From assembly GCF_009914755.1 (NCBI RefSeq), contig NC_060933.1: 64,000 bases of DNA; one strand, given 5' to 3'. Made by a program: the position numbers and the translations under genes. This DNA is from the human T2T-CHM13v2.0 reference genome, Homo sapiens. The notes beneath the pieces were generated by a model, which saw nothing but the letters and a program-made list of their open reading frames with translations, was not told the origin of the DNA and ran no database searches. Shown here piece after piece: positions 26,841-40,420 of the stretch. The stretch's first letter is position 1, and every line of letters starts with the position of its first letter.

Positions 26841-29310
26841 CGTGGGCTTTGCAGCACACATAACAGTAACAGTAGCAACAATCCCAGAATAGTGATGTAG
26901 CTATGCTTAATTATCAACCGCCTTGACTGTTCACTCTTATTTCATGTGTGTTTATTTTGTCTCTCAAATTAGCACCTGCAAAGAAATGAGTAGGTTTTAT
27001 AATTTTCTGTTTTGTACAGTATCTAAAATGATTCCAAGCATATATTCGACAGTCTGAATTAAATACCATTTTAACTATCTGATGATTCTTCACTATTTCC
27101 ATTGGTCAATAAGAGTTGAGTATGGAATATCCCAAAGCCTTATAGGTGAGCTGAACCTCAGGAATACAGCAAAAAGTTCAAAGGGGCCATAAAGATGCTG
27201 CAGCAACTAAAGGAGCTCTACTTTATGCTTTATAAATTGGAGATATGAATTATATTGCATAAGGGAGAGGGGGTTACAGGTTACAATAAGTGTTGAAAAC
27301 CACTGTCATGAGTACTCAAAATAATATGTAGCCATGAAGACAAATCAATATGAATCTTAAATATCTTGCATCAAGCTATTTATTATCTCTAAATTCTAGA
27401 GTTCTCCTCCTCTATATTCTTCCTGCATCCTTTATCCTGAAGAAAAGAGATATATGCCTGGCCCTAGGATTTGGGGGTATTGTCTAACAATGTAAAAACA
27501 TGTTTTTATGATTCTGAAATTCTATTAAAGGAGGATTCTTGAGCACCTGCTATGTGAGAGCATCCAATAACTCAAACATAAGCACTCATGAACCCTTGTA
27601 CAAATAAATACAGAAAATTTCTTGGAAGCATCATTTTCTAAGATTTAATTCACAGGAGTTGCGGGATGTAAGTTGGCAGACCAGAAAAGATGAGTGAGAA
27701 AAAAAGAACCCAAATTTAGAAGTACAATAGAAGAAAGCCAAACCACTAGAAATCACAGTCTGGTAGCAGCTGCAGCATAGTGCCCAGCATAGCACCCCAA
27801 AAATGTATTCCTTAGGCACAGTCCTGCTGTATCCTTCCTGCAGGCGGCTCTTGTGTTTGTCGGACCACACACAGGAACATCTCCCTAATCTTGGCTAATT
27901 AGAGCAGAAATTGCAGTCTGAATCTGTGAAAAACTAGATTGCAGATTTTTGTTAAGGTTACATAGTTTAATTACTTTCAGAAATACACAGTAACTCAATT
28001 AGGGAACCAAAAAGTTTTCAGTTCTGTGTAGGGCCTGCTCCAATGAGAGAAAAACACTTTTATAATCATTGTATAGATTCACACATAAATGGCACTGTTA
28101 AAATTCAGAATCCTATACTAATTATTTACACTAGAAAAGAGATAATGAGCATATTTATTGAATGCCAGCTACTTACCAGCTATTATGATACTAATGATCA
28201 CAATATCCCTGAAATGTTAGAATTTCCTACTGCCAATATTTTTCTAATAATAAGAAATCAAATTCTTAGTATGCTATAGCAGAAAAAGCACAGATTACAT
28301 TTCTGATTTCTCCATCTCAGAAAAGGAGGGACGGGGTGCTGGGTATATTAAAAACTTAGCATTTAATATACCCAGTGTGAATTAGTGTTTAACACTTAAT
28401 ATACACCATAGAGAGAAGAGATAAGGGGAATCTGAGTACAAGGCAGCAGCAGGGTAAGATCCAAGTATGTCAGATGACCATGAGAAGGATTCACACAGAT
28501 ACAGGAGGCAGAACCTACTAAAACTCCTAGAGTCAAAAGGGAACCACAGTCTTTCCTGGTGGGGTTTCCATAGCCTCAGGAGGGGCAGCAGCTGATAGAG
28601 TGCTGATCTGGCCTAGATACGTCTCCATTTGTTTTACAAGACTTGTCTGGGTCTCAAAAAACAGATTTTGTGTATCTTTAAATGACCATGAGAGCTTGGG
28701 CAAGCTGCTAAGATTCTTGGGATCTCAATTTTCCATTAATAAAATTAAGAAGACAAATTAGAACTCCAGAGTAGGTAACATAATTTCATATAGTTGATCT
28801 TAAAGAATATTAGTAAATTATTGATTACTTAGAAAATAATCATAAATGTGTGTTAATTATACCACAATAAAAATAATCCTAGGCAAAATTTTGGATAAAT
28901 ATATACAACTTCTTGTGAAAACAAGTATTACATAACAGAAACTCATTTTAAAAGTTAGATTGTGAAATCTGAAAATATGTGTTTAAAAGCATATGAAAAC
29001 TTTCACTAATGTTCAAATAAGATAAACTAGCCACACATTAATTTTGCCTCGTAATAAATATCCTTCATGTTTATCTAAGTTATAATGCAGGCTCATAATA
29101 GATGGCACAGTAATAGTTGGTTTCCTGACATAGTTACTGGACATAGTTGCCTCATTTCTCATCTACATTTTATATGACTTATATTCTATGTAAAACATAA
29201 TTATTCTATATTCTACATTATATTATAATCTTGCAAGAAGAACCCCAATATTTACTATTTACTAAGCATGCTTTTTACATTTCTTATCATTTAGTTTATA
29301 TTCTAAAAAT

Positions 29311-30175
29311 AAGGAGAAGAAGGAGGAGAAGAAAAAGGAGGAGGAAGAAGAGGAGAGGGAAGAGGAGGAGGAGGAGGAGGGAGAGGAGAAGGAGAAAAAG
29401 GAGGAGAAAAAGGAGGAGGAAAAGGAGGAGAAAAAGGAGGAGGAGGAAAAGGGGGAGAAAAAGGAGAAGGGGAAGAGGAGGAAGAAGAGGAGAGGGAGGA
29501 GAAAGACGAGGAGAGAGGAGAAGGAAGAGGAGAGGGAGGAGGAGGAAGAAGAGGAGACGGAGGAGGAGGAAGAAGAGGAGACGGAGGAGGAGGAAGAAGA
29601 GGAGACGGAGGAGGAGGAAGAAGAGGAGACGGAGGAGGAGGAAGAAGAGGAGAGGGAGGAGGAAGAAGAGGAGAGGGAGGAGGAAGAAGAGGAGAGGGAG
29701 GAGGAAGAGGAGGAGAGGGAGGAGGAAGAGGAGAAGGAGAAAAAGGAAGGAAGGAAGGAAGGAGAGGGAGGCAGAGGGAGAGGGAAAGGGAGGGAGAGGG
29801 AGGGAGAGGGAGGGAGAGGGAGGTAAAGGGAGGGAGAGGGAGGTAAAGGGAGGGAGAGGGAGGGAAAGGGAGGGAGAGGGGAGGAGAGGGGAGGAGAGGG
29901 GAGGTGAGGGGAGGAGAGGGGAGGAGAGGGGAGGAGAGGGGAGGAGAGGGGAGGAGAGGGGAGGAGGGAGAGGGGAGGGGAGGGGAGGGGAGGAGGAAGA
30001 AAAGGAAAGAGGAAAAGAAGGAGGAGGAGAAGAGGAGGAGAAGAGGAGGAGGAAGAGGAGGAGAAAGAGGAGGAAGAAGGGGAGGAAGAAGAGGAGGAAG
30101 AAGAGGAGGAAGAGGAAGAAGGTGAAGGAGAAGAAGAGAAAGGTGGAGGAGGGAGGAGGAGGAGAAGGAGGAGGG
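29311..30175 (+). repeat. 865-bp polypurine (GA-rich) compound tandem repeat
   Basis: Almost only G and A. Sub-arrays include four exact 24-mers gaggagacggaggaggaggaagaa (29551-29646), 21-mers, and (GGAGAGGGGA)n. Confidence 0.97.
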
Positions 30176-30563
30176 TTAAACTATTTACACAGGTTATTGT
30201 ACAGCTATAGTATTCATAAAATAAACTTTCTGTAAACACAGTATGGTTAAGGAATAGAAAATTCTGGTTAATTGAACACACTGGTCAAATAACAAAATCA
30301 ACGTATCTATCCACTACTAATAACCCCTTCACTAAGAAAACTACTAAGTATATTCAAATCTTGGATGATTTTAAAATATACTTTAGAATTTTGCTGCACT
30401 TTCGAGTTTTTAAATATTATTTGTAGCTATTACAGAAAAACAAGCTTTTATTCCACTATTTTATGATTTTGACTAGAAATAATGCTTTTTTTGGATACAT
30501 CTTTGGCTAAAGTCTGTCTAACTGCCCCCAAAAACTTAGTCTAGGTCAGTGGTTTTCAATGTT

Positions 30564-30565
<2 letters not shown>

Positions 30566-30601
<36 letters not shown>
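30566..30601 (+). repeat. (GT)18 microsatellite
   Basis: Uninterrupted GT run. Confidence 0.95.
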
Positions 30602-30603
<2 letters not shown>

Positions 30604-31479
30604 CAGCACAGAACTCTTTGCTCCAGTGAAATCTAACACAGTTTGACAATTGAGCTAAGAGAGACGTTTTATTAATTTAAATAAACTCAGTTTTAAAAAT
30701 GTATTTATTACAAAGCCAGTCATAAGAATGCAGTAGATTCTACTCTGATGAACCAAAAAAAAAACAAAAATGTGAAATCAGGAGATAAAGAGAAAAGTTA
30801 CAGTGTGACATCAGTTTCCTTACCAATTTATTCCTATATTTCATTTTAGTTGCACAATTTCATGAAGATGCTACTTCACACCATTGAGCATTCATATACA
30901 ATTTTATAGGATTTCTTAAAAAGATCAGTGCAATGCCACAAGCTTCTAATTAACAACACATTTAGAAAAATTTTTAAATGTATGTGCAAAGTGGAAGCTT
31001 TGCCCAGAAAAAAACACAAATTAAGCTTTGCTGGTTTCTAAGTGTGACAACTTTTATGTAATATATTCTAGTAGGTTTTCTTAAACAGTTTTAAATCATT
31101 GAAATATCCATGTCAATAAAGTTCAAATCAATATTAGGAGAATTCCCACAGAACTTCCAAAACATGGTGTATTATAACAATATGCTTATATTCAATCTGG
31201 TCTCTTTCAAGTATAATACTTGGACTCCACGTGGTTATTTTGTCTCCCCAGGGTAGAGAAGGGAAGAATTTTGAACTGTGCAACAAATATTTCTATAAAA
31301 AAGATAGTGACAATGACACTCAACAGAGATCACAAACTCAACTGTGTATGGAATCCCAGCAGGGAACATGAATCCGTTAAGGGGACTGCAAGAAGTCGGC
31401 TCTGAACCAGAGAGTTCATGACCCACTTCTAGGGAACTGGTCAGAACTCAGCTCTAACAAGTGTCTGTGCTGTGAAAAC

Positions 31480-31995
31480 TCAGCAGTACGAAATTGACTT
31501 CTCAAATAGCTCCCAATAGCATTCATGCCCTTGGATAATCCTCTCCTATTGAGTGTGGGTTGAACATAGAGATTTACTTCCAATGGGAGAGTAGGAACCA
31601 GCAAACATGACAAGATGGTATTTCCAAGATAAGCTCACAAAAGACGGCCATTTCTATGCAGCTAGCACACTATCTGGCTCTTCTCAATTTTGCTTTGATA
31701 AGGCAAACTGCCATGTGATAAGTTGCCCTGTGGGGAGGCCCCTGTGAGAAAGAACTGAGGAAGACCTTTGATCAACATCCTCTAAGGAACGGAATTCCTC
31801 CAACAACCACGGGAGTCAGCTGAAATAGTCCTCTTCCAGCAGACTCTTGTGATGACTTCAACCCTACAAGATAACTTGAGGGCAGTTTTGTGGGAGACTT
31901 AGAGCCAGAGGTCCAGTTATGCTACACCTGGATTCCTTATGCACAGAAATAGAGATAATAAATACTGTTGTTTGAAACAGTAGATACCTAATACA
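31480..31995 (+). mobile_element. MLT1F-like solo LTR
   Basis: attcatgcccttggataatcctctcctattgagtgtggg...gcaaactgccatgtg...gaactgagg...tagatacctaataca. Confidence 0.8.
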
Positions 31996-32719
31996 GAATG
32001 TGAACCGATTTTCTAAATTTTCAGGAGCAGTTGGAAATCCAGATTCCAGTGTGTGAAATCTCCTGTTTCTATTTAAGTTGAAAACCAATTCGTTTAATAG
32101 CTCAATATGTCACACAGAGGAAAATAACACATCTGAAGGTTAAAGGGAATTGCAAAGCTCCAATTTTCCATTGGTATGCTAATAAGGGAAATGCCAGAGA
32201 TGATGACCGAAAGTGAGCATTCATTGATAAATCTGTGGAATGAGAAAGTCTTCTAAAATACAATGAAACAACAAACTAATTTTTCTTCTAAAGTATAACA
32301 TGCCAACAGAGATGGTATCTTGAAAGGTAAGAAGCTCTGGTACAAGTAGGCACAACCACCAGTAATAAAATTAGAGAAAAAAATTATAACTAAGTAATTC
32401 ACCAGAAAGAGACCTTGAATCACTCAAAGCTCTAATATTAAATCTGCCTAATATTTTGCTCATGTGTTTCTACAGAATACTAATAAGCAAGCAGCAGAGG
32501 AAAACCTAAGGGATTATTTTTCCATTTTTAAATGTGAAAGACTATACTGTGGTTAACATACATGAGTTGCAAACCGCTAGGAAAAAGAGACCAATTTCTA
32601 ATACAAAAATGTACTCCTGGATATAAGTCATACTAAAACATTTTAAGACAAAATATTTCTATAAATTTTTGCCACAGAATTACCATAACATCCTCTGCTC
32701 TATTACAGATGATGGCTAA

Positions 32720-33100
32720 TCCTGTCTTACCCACTCTCAACATTTCATCTATCATTTCTAAGAGAATGAATCCCAAATAGCCATTTCTATCTCTGGCCAC
32801 ATCCCTGAACTATAATCCTTTATCTCAAATTGTGTTTTCTCTTAGCTATCCTACTTCTTATTCAACAACCATCTTTCTCCCCAAATTGCCTCCTCCTGAA
32901 CCATTCCACCATAGCCATTTCCATTTAGTTATGAAATCTGATTAGTTGTTCTTTAACTTTAACTTAATTAGCTTAAATATTACTTCCTTTATATTTTTAC
33001 AGTAATGATGCTGGTTCAAGGCTTTACAAGTTAACTCCCTAATTACTGCATTATTTTCTTCTCTTCATCTTTTTCTTTCCAACTATTTACCTCATTGTTG
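32720..33100 (+). mobile_element. degraded L2 fragment
   Basis: cccactctcaacatttcatctatcatttc...gaatcccaaat...ccctgaactataatcc resembles the L2 RT-end region. Confidence 0.45.
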
Positions 33101-34411
33101 GTTTATTCTCCATATACATACCAATATTGAGCTCCATAAAGAATCACTGAAGAGAAATCAATTATTGGTAATAATAAATGATGGAATTTTGCCCTACATT
33201 ACAAAATGTCATCACCACTTAGCTTTTAAATGCCATAATGGAATGAAATGAACTAGAAGGTATTAGGAAGGAGATCACGGGTAACCAAAAAATTATGGAT
33301 AAAAGCAACTGTAATCACTTTAATGAAGTGAAAGTATGTTAATAAGTTTGCAGGCATGAAACATGGTCATGGCTTCTTGGAGACCTGGAGTTAGCTCTCC
33401 TCCCTAGCAAGATTTTCTATTTAGCATTGACTGACTATTACAGATTTCAGTAACCCTAGACCCTGCCCTGAAACCCTGGGTAGGAGTTTGGCAAATAAAG
33501 TTCTTTCAGATTACAATTTTTTTTCAATATACCAGAAGACTATTTATACAAAACCAATATTAAGGAAATAGTGCTTCATAAAGAGAATAGCCATCTTTAA
33601 ACTTAATGACTTGTGGTTAAATTCTTATACAGTGAGTACTTTTAAAATAGAACACGCCCTTATAATCTTCCTATGTGACTTATACATACTGAACACTTTA
33701 AACTTGAGCATCTCCTCATCACTGATATGAAACAATTCTGAATATAATTGCTGAAATTAAATTTCCTATTTTTTCATTTGAAATAATATAAGAAATCAAA
33801 ACTTACCCTAATGTTTGGCCCCCAGGATCAATAAACTGAGTTATTTAAAAGAATACAGAAATAACCTTTTTAAAAGGAGTTATTTCCCACAGACTTACCA
33901 TATATTGTTCAAATCTTCAAATTAATTTTGTAAACATAAAGAATGTCAGGTGTGGTCTAACATCAAGTGGAATTTATTAGAATCTAACAGAAACAGTTTT
34001 ATACTTCAATACTAAATATCTTTAACCCTTTTACAAGTGGGGAGATACGATCCTTTTTGGCATCTGACTCTGCATATGAACAGCATGAGCAGCAGAGAGA
34101 TTTGCCAAAGTCAGAAAAATCATCATGGAGTCCGTGAGATTGATCAGTCCAGGAGAAAAATATTCAAAGGTGTTGCTCCTCCAGCCTACCAATCAATTCA
34201 TTCAAAACAAACTATTAGCTTATTAACATACTCCAAGAAGACATCAGTGTCTTTTGGCAAGCTAGCCTGAAAAATAACCACAAAATAATAGAACTCATTC
34301 TTCTCACCTAGGAAGTAAGTAGGACAGTTTCATAACATATACATGCTCAGGGCAAGACTACAAACTGTCCGAAAAAAAAAAAAAAAGATAGCAGGTTGAA
34401 AGAGCTGACCA

Positions 34412-36292
34412 GCCCAAAATCTCCTTAAGCTGATAAGCAACTTCAGCAGTCTCAGGATACAAAACCAATGTGCAAAAATCACAAGCATTCCCACACAACA
34501 ATAATAGTCAAACAGCCAAATCATGAGTGAACTCCCATTCACAATTGCTACAAACAGAATAAAATACCTAGGAATCCAACTTACAAGGGATGTGAAGGAC
34601 TTCTTCAAGGAGAACTACAAACCACTGCTCAAGGAAATAAGAGAGGACACAAACAAATGGAAAAACATCCCATGCTCATGGATAGAAGAATCAATATCAT
34701 GAAAATGGCCATACTGCCCAAAGTAATTTATAGATTCAGTGCTATCCCCATAAAGCTACCACTGACTTTCTTCACTGAATTAGAAAAAAACTACTTTAAA
34801 TTTCATGTGGGACCAAAAAAGAGCCTGCATAACCAAGAAAATCCTAAGCAAAAAGAATAAAGCTGGAGGCATCACACTACCTGACTTCAAACTATACTAC
34901 AAGGCTACAGTAACCAAAACAGCATGGTACTGGTACCAAAATAGAGATATAGACCAATGGAACAGAACAGAGGCCTCAGAAATAACACCATACATCTATA
35001 ACCATCTGATCTTTGACAAACCTGACAAAAACAAGCAATGGGGAAAGGATTCCCTATTTAATAAATGGTGTTGGGAAAACTGCCTAGCCATATGCAGAAA
35101 ACTGGAACTGGACCCCTTCCTTACACCTTATACAAAATTTAACTCAAGATGGATTAAAGACTTCAACGTAAGATCTAAAATGATAAAAACACTAGAAGAA
35201 AACCTAGGCAATACCATTCAAGACATAGGGATGGGCAAGGACTTCATGACTAAAACACGAAAAGCAATGGCAACAAAAGGCAAAATTGAAAAATGGGGTC
35301 TAATTAAACTAAAGAGCTTCTGCACAACACAAGAGACTATCATCAGAGTGAACAGGCAACCTACAGAATGGAAGCCCATCGACAAAGGGCTAATATCCAG
35401 AATGTACAAGGAACTTAAATTTACAAGAAAAAAACAAACAACCCCATCAAAAAATGGGCAAAGGATATGAACAGACAATTATCAAAAGACATTTATGCAG
35501 TCAATGAACATGAAAAAAGCTCATCATCACTGGTCATTAGAGAAATGCAAATCAAAACCACAATGAGATACCATCTCATGCCAGTTAGAATGGCAATCAT
35601 TAAAAAGTCAGGAAGCAACAGATGCTGGAGAGGATGTAGAGAAATAGGAACGCTTTTACACTGTTGGTGGGAGTGTAAACTAGTTCAACCATTGTGGAAG
35701 ACAAAAGTGTGGCAATTCCTCAAGGATCTAGAACCAGAAATACCATTTTACCCAGCAATTCCATTACTGGGTATATACCCAAAGGATTATAAATCATAGT
35801 TCTACTATAAAGACACATGCACATGTATGTTTATTGCAGCACTGTTCACAATAGCAAAGATTTGGAACCAACCCAAATTCCCATCAATGGTAGACTGGAT
35901 AAAGAAAATATGGCAAATGTACACTATGGAATACTATGCAGCCATAAAAAAGGATGAGTTCATGTCCTTTGCAGGGATATGGATGAAGCTGGAAATCATC
36001 ATTCTCAGCAAACTAACACAGGAACAGAAAACCAAACACCACGTGTTCTCACTCATAAGTGGGAGTTGAACAATGAGAACACTTGGACACAGGGAGGGGA
36101 ACATCACACACCAGGCCCTGTTGCAGGGTGGGGGGCCAGGGGAGGGAGAGCATTAGGAGAAATACCTAATGTAGATGACAGGTTGATGGGTGCAGCAAAC
36201 CACCATGGCACATGTATACCTACGTAACAAACCTGCACATTCTGCACATGTACCTCAGAACTTAAAGTACAACAACAACAACAGAAAAAAAA
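34412..36292 (+). mobile_element. 5'-truncated L1PA (L1PA6-8 type) with TSD
   Basis: ORF2 3' part, primate 3' UTR (gcattaggagaaatacctaatgtagatgac...cagaacttaaagta) and A-rich tail. 13-bp TSD aaagagctgacca (34399-34411) / aaagagcttacca (36293-36305). Confidence 0.96.
34657..36069 (+). pseudogene. frameshifted L1 ORF2p C-terminal remnant
   Basis: ORF pieces [42 protein letters not shown], the Cys-rich CWRGC...HCWWEC and MFIAALFTIAK are L1 ORF2p, split across frames. Confidence 0.93.
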
Positions 36293-36439
36293 AAAGAGCT
36301 TACCACAAACTTTGGCAGCGCTGCTCACTAAGTCAAAAGGCTTGGTAAAAACTTCAGCCATCCCTTTTTGAACCTTTGTTTACTTGAGGAATAAAAGTCA
36401 CATCTAACGACTCAGAGATATTCCTTAGAGTAAGTGCAA

Positions 36440-37850
36440 GCCTGATTTAGCTCTACTCCAACAAAACCTAAAACCAAGCCTTCAGAAGGCCAAGATGATC
36501 TGCCAGTAATTTAATCGCCTGCTGGAATAACGTTCAACGCTCTTCAGAGGGAAATGGCGGAAGGCAAAGCCTACATGATGTGTCATACGTAGTATGTCCA
36601 GCAAATTAGCAGAGAAACATGAAAATATGACTCAGTCTAGAGAAAAGTCAGCAGAAACAGACCCGGTTCCAAGGCAGATTTTAGAATTAGTGGACAAGAA
36701 TTGATAAAACGGAAAAGAACCTATGATCAATGTTAAACTACAGGAAAAGATGAATGTATGAGTAATGAGAGATGGGGATCTCAGAAGAGATATGGAAAAT
36801 GTAAAAGTAATCAAAATCCTAAAACTGATAAAAAGCAGTATCTGAAATAAAACATGTAACTAGCTGCAAAAAAAAGCCTTTGACAAGATTTAACACCCAT
36901 TTCAAATAAAAATCCTTGATAAAGAGGAATAGATGGATACTTCCTTGCAGACACACACCCCTCCCTCTCTCAGTCTTAGAGTCAGCATCTTACTTGATAG
37001 AGAAACATTACTGGCATTTCTGCTAAAATCAAAAACAAGGCAAAGATGTCGAATATTCACCTTTTCAATACTATTTAACTGAAGGTGTTAACCAATTCAA
37101 TTAGACACGAAACAGGAAGAAATGAAACTATCTCTATTTGTAGATAACATGATAGTATACCCAGGAATGGCTAGAGAACCAATGGTTAAAATGATAAAAG
37201 AATCAGATAATGTAGCAGATATAAACTTAGGATGCTAAAAAAGAATCAATACTTCTTACAGAGTAAGACAAAATGCAAGACAAAACTCAATCCACAATAC
37301 CATCAATAAAAAAATACTCAAAAATGAACTTCAAACCCTTTATGAACAAAATTATAAAAATATCCTTAAAAGATATAAATGGAGACTTATATAAATTAAA
37401 AACACCCCTTGTTATTGTTTTAAAAGTCTCAAATATCAAGATGTTAGTTATGTCAAAGTTAATTCATAAACTTAATGTGATCACAATAAAAATCTTTTTT
37501 CTGGAGCTACACAAGTTGCAGTGCAGTTTAAATAGAAAAATTGATATGCAAGAATAACTAGAAAACAGTCAAAGAAAAGAGCTTTAAAGGAAAAATAGCT
37601 TTACCTGATATTTACATATGCTACAAAGCCTCCAAAAGTAAAACAATGTGCATACTAGTGCATGAATTGACAAGCCAATGGAACAGAGTAAGTTCTGAAA
37701 TAGACTCAATAACATATAGAAATTTAGCATATGATAAAGGCGGCCTCTTGAACTGCTGGGTCAAAGACACACTTTTAAATAAATCATGTTGGCATAATTA
37801 TCATCTATTTGGGAAAAGATAATATTAGATCTGTTCATCATGCCATACAT
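36440..37850 (+). mobile_element. ancient L1M (5'/ORF1 remnant, then ORF2 remnant)
   Basis: aaaagcctttgacaagatttaacacccattt, tctctatttgtagataacatgatagtatac (FADDMI-like) and gccaatggaacaga. Confidence 0.75.
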
Positions 37851-37859
37851 AGCGTATGA

Positions 37860-40045
37860 CTCTATTTAGTACTCTAGAAAAGGCAAAGCTATAGGACTAG
37901 ACAACAGATCTGTGATTTCTGGAGGCTGGGAGATGGGGAGAAAAGTTGACTCTGAGGGGGTAGCAGGAGAATTTTGGGGATGATGGAGTTGTTCAATATG
38001 AACTTTCCTGGTGAACACATGACTATGCATTTGATAAAATTCAGAACTAGACACAACAGACGTTTTTGGTATATAAATTTACAAAAACAGATTGTAGGTA
38101 AAGATGGAATTCAGACAGTGTCAAACAAATCTATCTGTATTATAAATAAATCTCATGGTCACACTGAGTAGATCCAGGGAATAAAACTGACCTAAGTAAC
38201 TTTGAAAACAGGATTTTGTCTGAACATTGTAAGGCTAAAGACAAAAAGAAATCTACACAACATTGGATTGAAGTTGATGCATTTGTTTTTCCTGGGGCAT
38301 GGTTTAGCATTTCTGCAACTATACGCATGCCAGGGTTGAACAAATGTGTAAATGAAATGCATTGCAGACAATGAGATCCAGATTTAGCATTGCCAGAGAA
38401 AGAAGTTACAAATAAGGAAAGAGAGAAGGCTAGAATAAATCCAGTAGTGCTGGGCTGGAGTGAAAGGTATCAGTATGGACTGATGGTTTTGTTATATATG
38501 CATATAGCTAAATACAGAGATCAGTATGTGTGTGAATGCATGGATTGGTGAAATGGTTTGGCTGTGTCCCCACCCAAATCTCATCTTGAATTACCATGTG
38601 TTGTGGGAGGGACACAGTGGAAGGTAATTGAATCATGGGGGCAAGTCCTTTCATGCTATTCTTGTGACAGTGAATAAGTCTCACGAGATCTGATGGTTTT
38701 AAGAAGGAGAGTTTCCCTGCACAAGCTCTCTTCTCCTGTTTGCTGCCATACAAAACATGTCTTTCACCTTCCACCATGATTGTGAGGACTCCCCAGCCAT
38801 GTAGAACTTTAAGTCCAATAAACCTCTTTCTTTTAGAAATTGCCCAGTCTTGGGTATGTCTTTATCAGCAGTGTGAAAACCGACTAATACAGTTGGTATA
38901 CGTACATATATTTCTTAGCTCTATCTATTGAATAGGACTAAAAGCAGTGACACCCAGTAGCAATGAGCATACCTAGCAAACAGATTTTTGTTTCTTACTA
39001 CCATTTTCCAATAAAAGAAACCAGGGCTCCTTGTAGAAGTGGTCATTCTAGAGGAAGAACAGGAAAACTATACAAGAGAACCCTGGATGATTTGGGGTGC
39101 CAGAAAGTAAAAGTGCCAAAAAGCAACAACAACCATCACCACCACCAAAAATCATCAGTTTTTGTCAAAACGGCACAGAAGCCAATGTGAAAAAGCTCCC
39201 AAAGTTGGAACATCCTGTGCATTAAAATAAAAGATATATTATTGCAATAATACTATACCTATGAGTCTATATTGGTTACATAAATAACTGAATAAACTGG
39301 GAAAAGGAACTCTTATAAAAAAAATTTCAATTGATATATATAGGAAGAAAGAGGAAAGTAAAAAATTACCAGTGGGACACCACAGTAAAATCTGCTACAG
39401 GCAATATCCACTGATGAGTACTAAATGTGTCAACAAAAGTGTAAGCAGAAACAGGCTATTTGCATAAATCTCAAAGTATCCTACCCTAATATTTGTTAAT
39501 TACAACAGGAAAAAAGTAACTTCATGGTGAGGAAATCTGGCAGATGCCACCTTAACCAAATGATCAAGGTTAACATCACTAGCAACATGACATGTACATC
39601 TGGTATGATACACTGAGAAGGGCATATCACTTCTGTGGTATCTTTTCCAATAATGCACCACCTCAACCTATTCACTGGAAAACTACAGACGAACTCAAGT
39701 TGAGAAACATTTTACAAAATGAGTGACAAGTACCGTTCAAAATTACTAAGGTTACAAAACTCAAGGATATATATTGAATGCTCAATAGGAGAAGGGTAAG
39801 ACATGAGAACTAAATTCAGTGTAGAATCCTAGATTGGATCCTGGAAAAGAAAAAGAAACTAGTGAAAAAAAAAGAAAAAACTGGTAAAAAAAAATCAAAT
39901 AAAATTTGTAATTCAGTTAATAGTACATACCAATGTTAATTTCTTAGTTTTGATAATTTTCCTATGGTTATGTAAGATGTTAACTTAAAGGGAAGTGGAG
40001 AAAAGTATATATGAGGACATTCCACTTTTGTGTATCTTCTGCATT
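37860..40045 (+). mobile_element. L1MC3/4-like 3' region nested in the older L1M and interrupted by THE1A
   Basis: ctggcagatgccaccttaaccaaatgatcaaggttaacatcac...ccaatgttaatttcttagttttgataa is typical of the L1MC4 3' end. Confidence 0.75.
38549..38891 (+). mobile_element. THE1A-like solo LTR (MaLR)
   Basis: tgaaatggtttggctgtgtccccacccaaatctcatcttgaatt...cagcagtgtgaaaaccgactaataca. 5-bp TSD attgg / gttgg. Confidence 0.94.
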
Positions 40046-40360
40046 AAAAAAATGCCATAAAGTCAAAGAAAAATTACAAATTGGGAGAAAATACTTGCAA
40101 TACATCACAGATAAAGAGCTAATCTCCCTAAAGTGTAAAGAGCTTCCAAAAATTGAGGCAGAGAGGATGAGCAAAAGACAGGAACAATCTATTTAAAATG
40201 GTTTAAGAATGGTCCTTATGCAGACGAAACACTTCACTCAGAAAAAATGCAGAGTAACACCACACAGAAACACTATTTCTCATCTATCAAAATGAGAAAG
40301 ATTATGTGGGCCAGGCTGTGGGGAAACAGACACTTTTAAATATCACTTTTAAATATCTTC

Positions 40361-40420
40361 TCTTCTCCATAAAGTTTGGCACATTTGGAATGCCAAATGT
40401 GCCAAACTTTATGGAGAAGA
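40361..40420. repeat. perfect inverted repeat, 28-bp arms with a 4-nt spacer
   Basis: tcttctccataaagtttggcacatttgg (40361-40388) + aatg + ccaaatgtgccaaactttatggagaaga (40393-40420). The arms are exact reverse complements. Confidence 0.97.

Noticed and set aside
29231-30281. 334-aa Arg/Gly/Glu-rich (+) and 339-aa Ser/Pro-rich (-) ORFs
   Set aside because: Artefacts of a purine-only simple repeat that rarely forms stop codons. No true ATG start (the track uses TTG/GTG), and no splice or promoter context.
33800-33850. Minus-strand micro-exon FIDPGGQTLG ending in gtaagt
   Set aside because: 29 nt with an unrecognised peptide. It cannot be distinguished from chance without conservation data.
34020-34270. 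TTAACCCTTT start suggesting a piggyBac-type MITE
   Set aside because: I could not find a matching terminal inverted repeat or second TTAA, or match it to a consensus I know.
34805-35470. 221-aa ORF as an active or domesticated gene
   Set aside because: Fragment of L1 ORF2p in a 5'-truncated, frameshifted L1PA.
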